This document shows, piece by piece, positions 37,154-47,229 of a stretch of 64,000 bases of DNA (position 1 is the stretch's first letter; every line of letters begins with the position of its first letter). The notes beneath the pieces were generated by a model. It saw only the letters and a list, made by a program, of their open reading frames with translations, had not been told where the DNA came from and searched no databases. This DNA is from Candidatus Hydrogenedentota bacterium. Lineage in GTDB: Bacteria > Hydrogenedentota > Hydrogenedentia > Hydrogenedentales > SLHB01. The stretch is from contig BTVY01000007.1 in NCBI GenBank assembly GCA_045863335.1, positions 96,001-160,000 on the forward strand. The letters run 5' to 3'. The translations under genes and the position numbers were made by a program.

Positions 37154-38635
37154 TCAGTCCAAGGGGACTCGGCGCGGAAGTGGTTCTTCGACCGGCTTGA
37201 GCGTAATGAGTACTGTAAATGCCGCAGTCATGGCTACAAACACATACCCCTGCGCATAGAGAAGGCGTGGCATCGCGAGACATGCAATCATCTGGCCACA
37301 GTATGCGGCCGCAATCCCGCGCATCAGGCATCGCTGCCGCCAGTCCGCCAGCGCGGTCAATCTGCGGCACATTTCCACAAAGATGCCCCCGAACCCGAGC
37401 AGCACGAGCAACGCTCCAAACACGCCGCCTTTGAAGAGGTAGTACATCCAGGTGTTGTGAACCGTCTGGTATTCCGTCTGGGCATAGGCGATCTGACTGG
37501 TCTTTGACGCCAACCCCAACGCTTCGAAGGTACTTCCCATGCCGGCGCCGATGCCGGGGTGCCGTTGAAAGACGCGGTAGGCGCCTTCCATTTCGACGAA
37601 CCGGGCGCGGATCGAGGTACCCAGCGCGGGGACCGCGTCCGCCAGCAGATCGCCGGCCGGTCCCGCTACCAACACCAGGGCCGCGACGAGCGCGAACACC
37701 CCCAATCCGGCCACGGCGGCGCGGGTGTGCCATCCCGGAAGGGCGAGCCATGCCAAAATGGCCAGCGACACGAAGGCGGAAACATAGGCCGTGCGCATGA
37801 AGGTGATGGCGATTGCGAACGTCAACACTGCGATACACACGATGAAATGTCCGCGTTGCCGTTTGGAGATTTCGTGGCCGATCGCGAAACTCGCGAGCAC
37901 GGTCAAGGTCACTTCATAGTACACGTGGCCTGAAGGTCGAACGGACTGGACCAGCCTTCCCGCAAGGCGGCGCGGCACGTATTCGCCCCACACATTCTGA
38001 ACGTTGATAACGTCGCCGGTCACGAAGGTATAAAGAAAGTACGCGATGGCTATCGTGGCCACCGTCATCGTGACGACGAGGAACGCGCGAACACAGAGGG
38101 AGAGATCGGCCTCGCGCGCCAGGAACACAAGCACCACGTAGCTCGCCAGCATGAAGGGGTTGCGCATCTCGCCGATAATGAGATGCAGGTTGTACTGTTG
38201 CAGAACGCCGACGACGGTGACTTGAACGAAATAGAAGCCGAGCATGAGAACGAAGAAATGGATGGGGTCCGCGATCGGCCGCGCCCGTCCCTGCATGAGT
38301 TTGACCATCCCGTGGGCAAGTAACCCGAACAACAGCAACTCGCGGGGATGCCACTCCACGCCGCCGGCACTAACCGTCGTAAAGGAGCGCATCTGGTGGG
38401 TGAATCCCATGAAAAGCAGGAAGAACAAGATCACCCAACGCGACGGGGCGAAAACGAACACGGTGCCCAGCACCAACGCGGCGGCCAGAATCAGCGCCGG
38501 CACCGGCCCCAGCGCGCACACGGCCACGACAACCAGCGAGACCAGGATGATCTGCTGACCAAGGAGATCGCGCTCCGTCGCGGGGAAAAGCGCGATTCGT
38601 ACGGTCTGCTGTAAGAGATTGCTGCGTGCGGCCAC
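37154..38635 (-). CDS. O-antigen ligase/polymerase (Wzy_C) family membrane protein
   Basis: Many TM helices; TFMRTAY, S..AR..E and HPGIGAGMG...VHNTW...GGVFG motifs. Confidence 0.8.
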   Translation of the reverse strand: MAARSNLLQQTVRIALFPATERDLLGQQIILVSLVVVAVCALGPVPALILAAALVLGTVFVFAPSRWVILFFLLFMGFTHQMRSFTTVSAGGVEWHPRELLLFGLLAHGMVKLMQGRARPIADPIHFFVLMLGFYFVQVTVVGVLQQYNLHLIIGEMRNPFMLASYVVLVFLAREADLSLCVRAFLVVTMTVATIAIAYFLYTFVTGDVINVQNVWGEYVPRRLAGRLVQSVRPSGHVYYEVTLTVLASFAIGHEISKRQRGHFIVCIAVLTFAIAITFMRTAYVSAFVSLAILAWLALPGWHTRAAVAGLGVFALVAALVLVAGPAGDLLADAVPALGTSIRARFVEMEGAYRVFQRHPGIGAGMGSTFEALGLASKTSQIAYAQTEYQTVHNTWMYYLFKGGVFGALLVLLGFGGIFVEMCRRLTALADWRQRCLMRGIAAAYCGQMIACLAMPRLLYAQGYVFVAMTAAFTVLITLKPVEEPLPRRVPLD

Positions 38636-38807
38636 GTGAATCGACTCGTCTCACTTTAAGTTGAGTTGCCTATGGGGTAAGCGAAGGGTAAGGCTATCCG
38701 ACTGATGGGCGTCTTTCAAGAGGCGGGACGATGGGATGGGGTCTTGAGCCGTCGCAAGTTTGGAGGGCATACTCACACTCGGTTTATGGGAGCGCGCGGG
38801 GATTTGA

Positions 38808-40400
38808 ATGGCGAATAATGTCAGAAAGCGCAAATTCTCCTGGTGTCGAATGCTGCGAGATGGCGCGATACTCGTCGCGATTACGGCCGCCTTGGCCGGT
38901 GGCGTCGAGCTAGCGGCGCGGATAGCGGTTGCGCCACCGGAGGAAGACATTCACGACCGGGTGGAGGAGTTCGACGTCGCCCCAAAGGAACCGGGGACGT
39001 TTCGAATTCTGACCTACGGCGGTTCGACCACCGCGGGATATCCGAGACCTGAACTGGGATTCGCGATGCAACTCGAATCCGCGTTGCGCCGTTCGCGTCC
39101 CGAAACGCCGGTAGAAGTCATCAACCTCGGATACTCCGGCAAGTCGTCGGTCTACGTCCGGGCGATGGTCGGGCGGGCGGAAGAACACGAACCGGACTTG
39201 CTGGTGGTCTTGTCGGGGCACAACGAGTATTTAAATCGAACCGGCGAGGATCAATCCCTTACTGAGAAATTGGCCAGGGCGGCAGGCCGTCTCGCGATTG
39301 TTCGATTCGCGATGGAGAAGCTGCGCGCCAACGCACCCGAACCGCTGAGCCCGGACTACTTCCTGCCGGAACAGGTGGTGCCCTATGACCGGTCCTCCCC
39401 CTGGTATGCGGGCCGTATCGCCAATCACGAGGCAAATCTGAAGTCGGTGGCGGACTGGGCGCAGTCGCACGACGTGCCGGTCATCTTCTGTACGCCACCC
39501 GCAAACCTGGCCGAGTGGCCGCCGATCTACCGGCGCATCGACCGGTACGTCAGCAATCCGGACTACTACGAAGACCTGGCGCGCGTGAAAGCGTTGCGAG
39601 CCGAAGGCCGGAACGAGGATGCCTTGACTGCGATCGACAAGGTCATCGCGGAATACGGCGAAGACGCCATGTTCGCCTATCTGCGAGCTTATGCATGCCG
39701 CGATCTTGGCCGACTGGACGAGGCGTACGAACTTTACTGGCGCGCCATTGAGCTGGACCCCTTTCCGCAGCGCGTGCTGCCGGTGATGAACGAACACATT
39801 CGCGCATTGCGCGATGAAGCGAATGGCGTGTACATTGCTGACGTGGCGGCGGCGTTTGAGGCCGCATCGGAAAACCGGTTCACGGGATTGCGCCTGGTCG
39901 GCGACAACGTGCACCCCACGCTTGCGGGACACGCCCTCGTCGCGCGCGAAATCGCCCGGACCATGGCGGAGCAGGGGCTGTTTCTGACAGGTTCGACCGT
40001 GCCGGAGAGCACCGCATCCCCGGAGGTCTGGCTTCAGGCCTTCATGGACGAAATCCCGAGTCCAAGCCTGAAGAAGTGGCAGAACATGAAGGTCGCCCAG
40101 TTTTACAGCAATTATTGCCAGAAATACCCGTTCTACTACTTCGAACTTGCGCTCCAATACCAATTGGAAGTGCTGGAACGCGCCAAGGATCTCGATCAGG
40201 ACAATTGGGGCATCTACGGCGAAGTGGGGACGCTCCTCATCATGAATGGACGCGTCGACGAGGGCATCGAGTACCTGCGCAACGCCACGGCCTTGAAAGG
40301 ATCGCCCCTCGATCCCGGCGATCACGGTTCGGTGAACTGGATTCCCGAAGCCCTCCAAATAGCTGGGATAACGCTGGAGTCCCTGAATGGCGAATCGTAA
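38808..40400 (+). CDS. SGNH/GDSL hydrolase-like protein with TPR repeats and an N-terminal anchor
   Basis: FRILTYGGSTTAG, VINLG..G..S, GHNEY and DNVHPT..GH motifs; TPR helices. Confidence 0.82.
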   Translation: MANNVRKRKFSWCRMLRDGAILVAITAALAGGVELAARIAVAPPEEDIHDRVEEFDVAPKEPGTFRILTYGGSTTAGYPRPELGFAMQLESALRRSRPETPVEVINLGYSGKSSVYVRAMVGRAEEHEPDLLVVLSGHNEYLNRTGEDQSLTEKLARAAGRLAIVRFAMEKLRANAPEPLSPDYFLPEQVVPYDRSSPWYAGRIANHEANLKSVADWAQSHDVPVIFCTPPANLAEWPPIYRRIDRYVSNPDYYEDLARVKALRAEGRNEDALTAIDKVIAEYGEDAMFAYLRAYACRDLGRLDEAYELYWRAIELDPFPQRVLPVMNEHIRALRDEANGVYIADVAAAFEAASENRFTGLRLVGDNVHPTLAGHALVAREIARTMAEQGLFLTGSTVPESTASPEVWLQAFMDEIPSPSLKKWQNMKVAQFYSNYCQKYPFYYFELALQYQLEVLERAKDLDQDNWGIYGEVGTLLIMNGRVDEGIEYLRNATALKGSPLDPGDHGSVNWIPEALQIAGITLESLNGES

Positions 40401-40430
40401 TCCTTTCCCGATACGGCGGGGAGCAGTTTC

Positions 40431-41555
40431 ATGGTCGTAGGGATTGACGCGCGCGCGGCGAATGTCGCGGCACCGCTGGGCGTGGGCGTGTATTGCCAGG
40501 AGTTGATTCGGGCCATAGCCGCGTTGCCCGATGCGCCAAGCCTCCGTCTCTATCTGGACGCGGAGCCGAGTCCGGGTTTTCCGGTCGAAAACGAGCAGGC
40601 GGACATTCGCATCTTGCCGCGGGGTTTCGCGTGGACGACGCTTCAGTTGGCGCGAGAACTGCGCCGCGAGCCGCCGGACGTCTTTTTCGCTCCGGTCATG
40701 CAAGTGCCGCTCGGAGTGCCATGCCCGGTCGTCGCAACGGCTCATGGACTTCCGTTCCACAAGTACGGGTCGTCACCGAATCCGCTCCGGCGGGTGTGGG
40801 CCGTCTTGCGCACGCTGCTGATCCTGTGGCGCTGCGATCGTATCATCGCCATCAGCGACAGCATGAAGGCCGATATGGTGAACGTGCTGCGTACTGCCGG
40901 GGATCGTGTTGCGGTCATACCCCACGGGTGTTCGCCGGGGTTCCGCCCCGATGTGGATCCCGGCGCCGTTGCGCGGGTGCGTGAACGATACGAACTCCCT
41001 GAGCGGTATGTTCTTTATTGCGGTCGCATCGGCATGCACAAGAACCTCGTTCGCCTGATCGACGCGTTCACCGCGGTGCGGACCCGGCATCCCAAACTCC
41101 ACTGTCAACTCGTGCTGGCAGGGTCGATGCAGCTCGACTCCGGCCCCATCAAGGCGGCTGCGGAGCGATCCTCGGTGAAGGAAGATATCCGCTTCATTGG
41201 GTACGTGGACCGAAGTGAATTGCCCATGCTCATGGCCGGCGCCCACGCGCTCGCATTCGTATCGTTGTGGGAATCTTTCGGCATGCCCGCCCTCGAAGCG
41301 ATGGCTTCCGGTACGCCGGTCGTCGCCTCCAACTGCGGCGCCCTGCCGGAAGTGTGCGGCGACGCCGCCGTCCTGGTGGATCCGTCCGATACGAAAGCAA
41401 TCGAATTTGGACTGGAACGACTGCTCACTGACGAGGGGTACCGACTCGGTCTGCGAGACTGCGGCCTGCAACGCGCCTCGGAGTTCTCCTGGGACCGAAC
41501 CGCGCGTGAAACGCTGCGAGTAATCAGGACCGAGGGCGAGGGCACCGCGCCGTAG
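40431..41555 (+). CDS. Glycosyltransferase family 4 (MtfB/WbpY-like)
   Basis: VGIDAR, GVGVY, GRIGMHKNL and ESFGMPALEAMASGTPVVAS motifs. Confidence 0.92.
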   Translation: MVVGIDARAANVAAPLGVGVYCQELIRAIAALPDAPSLRLYLDAEPSPGFPVENEQADIRILPRGFAWTTLQLARELRREPPDVFFAPVMQVPLGVPCPVVATAHGLPFHKYGSSPNPLRRVWAVLRTLLILWRCDRIIAISDSMKADMVNVLRTAGDRVAVIPHGCSPGFRPDVDPGAVARVRERYELPERYVLYCGRIGMHKNLVRLIDAFTAVRTRHPKLHCQLVLAGSMQLDSGPIKAAAERSSVKEDIRFIGYVDRSELPMLMAGAHALAFVSLWESFGMPALEAMASGTPVVASNCGALPEVCGDAAVLVDPSDTKAIEFGLERLLTDEGYRLGLRDCGLQRASEFSWDRTARETLRVIRTEGEGTAP

Positions 41556-41576
41556 CCAATCGTTCATTGCTCCGTG

Positions 41577-41595
41577 CCTGACGGGTCGTCAGGAT
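41577..41595. terminator. Hairpin between convergent genes
   Basis: CCTGACG-GGT-CGTCAGG; no clear U-tract. Confidence 0.35.
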
Positions 41596-41598
41596 CGG

Positions 41599-43080
41599 TC
41601 AATCGTTGGCAATTCGAGGACTGCCTGACCTCGACCGAACCGGTATGAGCAGGCGCGCCAGTTGCACGAGTTGCCCGACGGACACGAGCGATACAGCGAA
41701 ACTCGCTGCCACAAAAACGAGCAGGGCGCCAGCCCGCCATCCGAATGCCGGAAACGACTGTCCGAGCGCAAGGCAACCGGCCATTACGGCGTGTGCCATG
41801 GCAACTCGACCAAGCCGAAGGCGCATCCCGTTTCGATGGGCCCAGAATCCCTGGATCCCTGCGGTGACGGCCATGGTGCACAAGTATGCGACGCCGGCGC
41901 CGAATATCCCGTAGCGGGGAATGAGTACGAGATTGGCGGTCACGCTGAACACCCCCGAGACCAGATTTGCCCACGCGACCAGACCCGGTTTTCCCAGCGC
42001 GATAAGCGACTGACCAAAGGTCCCGCTTTGGATCGCGAGGCAAGTACCGGTCATCAGCAGCCACAGCACCGACACCGATGGCAGGTATTTCTCGGAAAAG
42101 AGCAAGACGATGAGCGGGCGTTCAATCACGAGTATGGCGAGTACGCTGGTGTAACCGAGGAACAAGATTAGGGCGAGCGTCTTGTTGAGGAGTCTCGCGG
42201 CGCCTTCCGTGTCTCCCTCGGCGACCCGCGCGGAAATTCCAGGAAGATACGGTACGAGCGTCGAAACGAGAATTCGTGTGTACATGTTGGGCAGGCGCTT
42301 GGCCATTTCGTAGTACGCCACGACCACGGGGTTGCCCAGGAGCAGGGCGACCAAAAAGGTGTCGAATCGCTGCGTCGTAAAGGCCATGATGTTGTTCACA
42401 TACAACGGCTTGCTGAACTGGACGGCGTCGAAGTAGGCGCGGGCGCAACGCCGCAAGGAGGCCCAGGGAAATGCAAAGGCCCCCAGCCACACTGCGGCGA
42501 CGGTGTATGCAGTCAGCGTGCAGAGGGCGAGCGTCAGCAATCCGCCGTCCAGCCAGGCGATGAAGAGGGCGACGAGTGAGACGTTGACGAGCGCGCCCCA
42601 CACTTGCGCGGCGGCACGGGGTCCGAACCGGTTCATCCCGGCCAGGGCGGCCAGGGCGGTGTCCCGTTGGGTGGCGACGAAGAAGAAGGGCGGCAATAGC
42701 CACAGGTAAGGAAAGAGGCGCGTCCAGCTCTCGTTCACGGAGATGGCGGCGGGGTCGCGAATGAGGAGCCAGGCGGTGAAGACCGCCGCGCAAATCGCAA
42801 GCGACACAAATACTTGAAAGAGCAGAATCGATGCGCCAAGCGACCGGCGTTCCTCCTCCGGCGCGGCGGCGAGGATGCGTGGCAAGGCGGAGTGAAGCCC
42901 GAAGGTCGTCAGCAACACGAGGCAGTCGCTGCAGAGGATGAGGAGCCAGAAGGTTCCGATGTCGGATTCGGGAAGGACCCGGCCAAAAATTACGGCCGCG
43001 CCCAGTTGCCCCGCCATGGACAGGATCATGCCGACCCCGGAAAGAAAGGCCCCTCGAACCAAGGTCCGGCCGCTGGTCAT
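41599..43080 (-). CDS. Oligosaccharide flippase (Wzx)
   Basis: About 14 TM helices; GRVLPESDIG, RFDTFLV..LLG...VAYY..A.R and NLVLIPRYGIFGA motifs. Confidence 0.88.
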   Translation of the reverse strand: MTSGRTLVRGAFLSGVGMILSMAGQLGAAVIFGRVLPESDIGTFWLLILCSDCLVLLTTFGLHSALPRILAAAPEEERRSLGASILLFQVFVSLAICAAVFTAWLLIRDPAAISVNESWTRLFPYLWLLPPFFFVATQRDTALAALAGMNRFGPRAAAQVWGALVNVSLVALFIAWLDGGLLTLALCTLTAYTVAAVWLGAFAFPWASLRRCARAYFDAVQFSKPLYVNNIMAFTTQRFDTFLVALLLGNPVVVAYYEMAKRLPNMYTRILVSTLVPYLPGISARVAEGDTEGAARLLNKTLALILFLGYTSVLAILVIERPLIVLLFSEKYLPSVSVLWLLMTGTCLAIQSGTFGQSLIALGKPGLVAWANLVSGVFSVTANLVLIPRYGIFGAGVAYLCTMAVTAGIQGFWAHRNGMRLRLGRVAMAHAVMAGCLALGQSFPAFGWRAGALLVFVAASFAVSLVSVGQLVQLARLLIPVRSRSGSPRIAND

Positions 43081-43137
43081 GCGCAGGAATCTCCCCTCTA
43101 CCGGCGCGGCGCGTGCGCGATACGACGGCGACGCGGA

Positions 43138-44490
43138 TTAGGCCGTCTTGCCGGTCGCTTCCGGCACGGACGAATCCAGGAACGCAGCAAGCCGACGTAT
43201 TGACAGCAGTGCAAAGAAGTGTATCGGGGCCACGAGCGCACCGAGGAACGCGGCCGTCAACACCATCACACTGCGATGGGGGCCGACTTTGGTTTCCGGC
43301 GGAACGGCGTTGAAGGCCACTTTCAGGTCGGACTCCGTTTCGGCCTCGGCCACGCGCGCGGCCTCGAGGTTCTCCGCGATCCGCTGGTATTGTTGTTCAG
43401 AGACGGTCCTGCGGCGCATGAGTTCGGCGCGAACGCGCTTCTGTTCCGCAAGATCCTGTTGCAACTGAGTTGCCTCTGTCCGCAGACGCTCCAACGCCAC
43501 GGCGCCCGCCTCCTGCTTCTTTATCAGACCCGATACCATCGATTGGAGTGCGCTCTTTTTTTCACGAAGGGTCACAAAGACCTGATTGATCACCTCCGAT
43601 TCCAGTACGTCGGACGAGTCAGGATTCCCCTTGCCAGCGGCCTCCATCAACCAATACGCTTCGTCGGAAGGCGCCTTGCGCAGGGTGGTCTTTTCACTTG
43701 TTGATTGGAGGTCCGTGTCCAGCGCGGCCAATTCCGCCTGATGGCTTTCGATGTCGGTGTTCAGGCGCACCTGATCCAGTTCATACTCCGTGATGACCTT
43801 CTGGACCTCCTGGAGCCGCAGCGTCATGGACTCGATGTCCCACTGGGCTTCGTGCTCCTCAATCAGCGCCTCAATGATTTCGAGTTGTTCGTTCACCTGC
43901 TCGAACCGGCCCTGGAGAAACTCCAGCGATCCGGCTTTTCCTTTAATACCCACTTCTTGGGACAAGGCAATGGCCAGCGTGGCCCATTCGTTCGCCATGG
44001 CGGCGGCGATGTCGGGGTCGGTGGCGCGGTACGACAGCGTGATAAGGGGAACATACTCCACGTCGTAGGCAGTCTGCTTGAGGATCTCCGTGCGCAGCGT
44101 CATGGATTTCCGCACATCTTCCAGCGGAACTTCGGTATCCTCGTCGCGCTCCGCATTGAGCGCGGTCAGCCGGTCGCGAAGCTGTTTCACCATCTCGTTG
44201 TTGCGCAGCAGGATTTCGTAACCACGCACACTCAACGGGCGGCCCATCAGGAATCCGATGCGCGCAGCGGGGTTGTCCTCGACCGATTGCTCACTCCCCC
44301 AAACGGCCTGCCCCAACGGCAACGGCGCAACGAGCAGTCCGCTGTCGGATGCATATTCGTTGTCCAGGGTGAGCGAATATAAGGCGGTAATCGCGCCCGC
44401 AAACAGCCCGAACAGGACCGTCCGGCGCACGACCTTCACAATCGTAGCGAGACCGGGATCGGTTCTGGCTTGGTCCTTCTTTGATGCCAT
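43138..44490 (-). CDS. Polysaccharide co-polymerase / chain-length determinant (Wzz/GumC-like)
   Basis: N- and C-terminal TM helices, a long periplasmic coiled coil, DPDIAAAMANEW and AVPPETKVGP.R motifs. Confidence 0.85.
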   Translation of the reverse strand: MASKKDQARTDPGLATIVKVVRRTVLFGLFAGAITALYSLTLDNEYASDSGLLVAPLPLGQAVWGSEQSVEDNPAARIGFLMGRPLSVRGYEILLRNNEMVKQLRDRLTALNAERDEDTEVPLEDVRKSMTLRTEILKQTAYDVEYVPLITLSYRATDPDIAAAMANEWATLAIALSQEVGIKGKAGSLEFLQGRFEQVNEQLEIIEALIEEHEAQWDIESMTLRLQEVQKVITEYELDQVRLNTDIESHQAELAALDTDLQSTSEKTTLRKAPSDEAYWLMEAAGKGNPDSSDVLESEVINQVFVTLREKKSALQSMVSGLIKKQEAGAVALERLRTEATQLQQDLAEQKRVRAELMRRRTVSEQQYQRIAENLEAARVAEAETESDLKVAFNAVPPETKVGPHRSVMVLTAAFLGALVAPIHFFALLSIRRLAAFLDSSVPEATGKTA

Positions 44491-44542
44491 GCGACTCCCC
44501 TGCCTTGGGCAAAATCAACCCGCTGTCACAGTTTGCGTCGCG

Positions 44543-44571
44543 ATTATAGTGACGTGCTTCTGCCGGTGCAA
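44543..44571 (-). promoter_or_regulatory. Sigma70-type promoter for wzz-wzx
   Basis: Minus strand TTGCAC-17 bp-TATAAT. Confidence 0.7.
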
Positions 44572-44661
44572 ACGTTCGAGTTTGTCTTTCGGGCCAGTGT
44601 GCTGGCACTATATGCGGGAATATGCAACCACACGCGCAACGCGCATCGGAATCATCTGCCT

Positions 44662-45408
44662 GTGATCCAAGTTACTGAATTCCAGAAAATCTATCGCGAG
44701 ACGTTGGCCGTCGAAGCGCTCACCTTCTCCGTTGAGCCGGGACAAATCCTCGGACTCGTCGGTCCTAACGGCGCGGGAAAAACGACCACGTTGCGGAGCA
44801 TCGCCGGGATCATCCCACCGACTAGCGGAAACCTCCTGGTGGCAGGCCACGATATCGTCAACGACCCCATCGCCGCCAAGTCGAAACTGGCGTACGTCCC
44901 GGACGACCCAAAGCTTTTCGACACGCTGACCGTTTGGGAACATCTCGAATTTATGGCCGCGGCGTACCGCGTTGACGGATGGCGAGAGACGGGTAACGCA
45001 TTGCTGCAACGGTTTGAGTTGGAAAGCAAGCGCAACACGCTCGCATCGGAACTGTCGCGCGGCATGCGTCAGAAGGTCGCCATCTGCTGCGCCTACCTTC
45101 ACGACCCGCGCGTGATTCTGTTCGACGAACCCCACACCGGCCTCGACCCCCGGGGCATCCGCACCATGCGGGAATCGGTGGAGGAGCGGGTCGCCAACGG
45201 AGCCGCCGTCGTCATCAGCTCCCATCTCCTGGAGATCGTCGAGGACATGTGCACGCACCTCCTCATTCTGCACCGGGGCAAACGCATGTTCTTCGGCACA
45301 CTCGCGGATGCACGCTCGGCCTTCGGCGATTTCGACGGCAACGCGCGGCTGGAAGACGTGTTCTTCCGCATCACCGAGGGTGGCGCGACCTTGGGCGCTC
45401 CCGAGTAG
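44662..45408 (+). CDS. ABC transporter ATP-binding protein (ABC-2 exporter type)
   Basis: GPNGAGKTT, LSRGMRQK, LFDEPHTGLDP and SSH motifs; GTG start. Confidence 0.92.
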   Translation: MIQVTEFQKIYRETLAVEALTFSVEPGQILGLVGPNGAGKTTTLRSIAGIIPPTSGNLLVAGHDIVNDPIAAKSKLAYVPDDPKLFDTLTVWEHLEFMAAAYRVDGWRETGNALLQRFELESKRNTLASELSRGMRQKVAICCAYLHDPRVILFDEPHTGLDPRGIRTMRESVEERVANGAAVVISSHLLEIVEDMCTHLLILHRGKRMFFGTLADARSAFGDFDGNARLEDVFFRITEGGATLGAPE

Positions 45409-45411
45409 CCC

Positions 45412-47028
45412 ATGCTTCATCCCGCGCTGTATAAGCTCCTCGCATTGAAATCCCGTGGTATGAAACGGCGGATGGTGCGCGGTATCAAAACGCCGAAAGG
45501 CGCGCTCTTCTTTATTATGGGTCTCGTCATGTTCGGGACCTGGCTCGGACCCAGCGTCTTCTTCGCCTTCTCCGAGCACACCGGCGACCCGAGCCAGCTC
45601 GAAACCACGATGCCCATGATCATCATCGGCATGTGTCTGCTCACGCTCATCAGTTCGGCCGGCGAACGGGCCATCTATTTCAGTCCAGGCGAGATCGAGT
45701 TCCTCTTCCCTGGACCCTTCGGACGACGCGAGCTGCTCGGCTACAAGGTGCTGGGCCTGCTCATCGGCGTCTCGTTCAGTTCACTCATATTCTCCGTGCT
45801 CTTTCTGCGCTATTCCGCGTCGTGGTTCGCCGCGTTTGCGGGCGTGTTTCTTTCACTGGCCTTTGTGCAGTTGTTCAGCATGTCGCTCCTGCTGGTAGGA
45901 CAGATGATGGCGGAACGGGCCTACACGCGGATGCGCATGATCGTGCTGATCGCCTTCGGCGGGGTGTTGGCGGCGGCGCTGGGACCGCTCATCGCCATGC
46001 GCGGCATGGGCACCTGGGGCGACCGGCTGGCCAAGGCGCAAGATTCGCCGCTAGTCCACTACGCGTTCCTGCCCTTGCGCCCGTTCGCCAAAACGATTGC
46101 CGCGCCGCAGGTCTTTCCCGATTTGCTGCTCTGGTCGGGAGCGGCGCTGGCGATCAACGGCGCATTGTTTCTCTTCATCCTCTGGCTCGACGCCGAGTAC
46201 CGGGAAACCGCCATCGGGGTGAGTCAACGCCTCTATGCGCGGCTGCAACGGGCGCAACGCAGCGGCATGGCGCCCACCACCGCGTCGGCCAAGGGCCGGA
46301 TTCCGCAATTGCCCTGGTGGGGCGGCGTCGGCCCGGTCGCGTGGCGGCAAATGACCAACGCCGTGCGCAACGCGCGCAGCCTGATGATGATCCTGCTGCT
46401 CGTCGCCCTCGCCATCGGAATCCCGACCGTGGCCAAGGGCGAAAGCGACGTCAAGATCTGGCCCATGACCATGGCCATGGTCATCTGGTTGACCGTGTTT
46501 TTGTCCATGATGATCCGCTTCGACTTCCGCGCCGATATCGAGCAGATGGACTGGTTGAAGATGATGCCGGTCAAACCGTGGGCGCTGGTCTGTGGCCAAA
46601 TCGCGGTGCCGGTGTTGATCTGTTCCGCGCTTCAGATTGCGCTGGTTGCCGTGACCGTGAAAATCGCGGGACGCCCCGAACTGTTGGCCCTGACCGTCGC
46701 GTTCGCGCCGCCCTTCAACATCCTCCTCTTCGGCATCGAGAACGCCCTGTTCCTCTTCGCGCCCACCAAGGTCGTCGCGTTCAGTCCCGGCGATTTTCAG
46801 GTCTTCGGACGGCAGTTACTCTTCATGCTCGTCAAACTCGTGCTCGTGACCATCGCGGGACTCGTCGCCTTCGGCGGCGGCGCGATCGTCTACCTGGTAA
46901 GTGGACCAAGCATGATCCCCGCCTTCGCTTTCGGCTGGGTGCTCGTCACCCTGCAAGCGCTCGCCATGATCCCCCTCGCGTCCTGGGCTTTCCGCCGCTT
47001 CGACGTAAGCCTCGACACCCCCGTCTAG
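45412..47028 (+). CDS. Putative ABC exporter permease
   Basis: About 12 TM helices; F...EIEFLFPGPFGRRELLGYK and D......LK.MP motifs; 3 bp after the ATPase. Confidence 0.82.
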   Translation: MLHPALYKLLALKSRGMKRRMVRGIKTPKGALFFIMGLVMFGTWLGPSVFFAFSEHTGDPSQLETTMPMIIIGMCLLTLISSAGERAIYFSPGEIEFLFPGPFGRRELLGYKVLGLLIGVSFSSLIFSVLFLRYSASWFAAFAGVFLSLAFVQLFSMSLLLVGQMMAERAYTRMRMIVLIAFGGVLAAALGPLIAMRGMGTWGDRLAKAQDSPLVHYAFLPLRPFAKTIAAPQVFPDLLLWSGAALAINGALFLFILWLDAEYRETAIGVSQRLYARLQRAQRSGMAPTTASAKGRIPQLPWWGGVGPVAWRQMTNAVRNARSLMMILLLVALAIGIPTVAKGESDVKIWPMTMAMVIWLTVFLSMMIRFDFRADIEQMDWLKMMPVKPWALVCGQIAVPVLICSALQIALVAVTVKIAGRPELLALTVAFAPPFNILLFGIENALFLFAPTKVVAFSPGDFQVFGRQLLFMLVKLVLVTIAGLVAFGGGAIVYLVSGPSMIPAFAFGWVLVTLQALAMIPLASWAFRRFDVSLDTPV

Positions 47029-47044
47029 TCCCCCCGTAGCGCCA

Positions 47045-47085
47045 CTCGAAATCGCTATCGGGATCGGTATCGAAATCGACCCGAT
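47045..47085. repeat. ATCGNN hexamer tandem array
   Basis: CTCGAA ATCGCT ATCGGG ATCGGT ATCGAA ATCGAC CCGAT. Confidence 0.6.
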
Positions 47086-47113
47086 CCATCCTCCCTCCAA
47101 CGAAAACCTCAGC

Positions 47114-47206
47114 ACAAAAATCGGGACAATTTCCCTTTTCGTTCCAGGGCATCGCGCAGGACAGAGGAAGACTTTGAACGAAAAGGGAAGCTGTCCTTAT
47201 TTTTGT
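47114..47206. repeat. REP-like 31-bp inverted repeat
   Basis: ACAAAAATCGGGACAATTTCCCTTTTCGTTC versus GAACGAAAAGGGAAGCTGTCCTTATTTTTGT (27/31 complementary). Confidence 0.75.
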
Positions 47207-47229
47207 TCTGACACCCCGATTTACTCCAC

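Noticed and set aside
44603-44620. TGGCAC as a sigma54 promoter (also TGGCAAG near 21890)
   Set aside because: The GG-N10-GC spacing is not satisfied.
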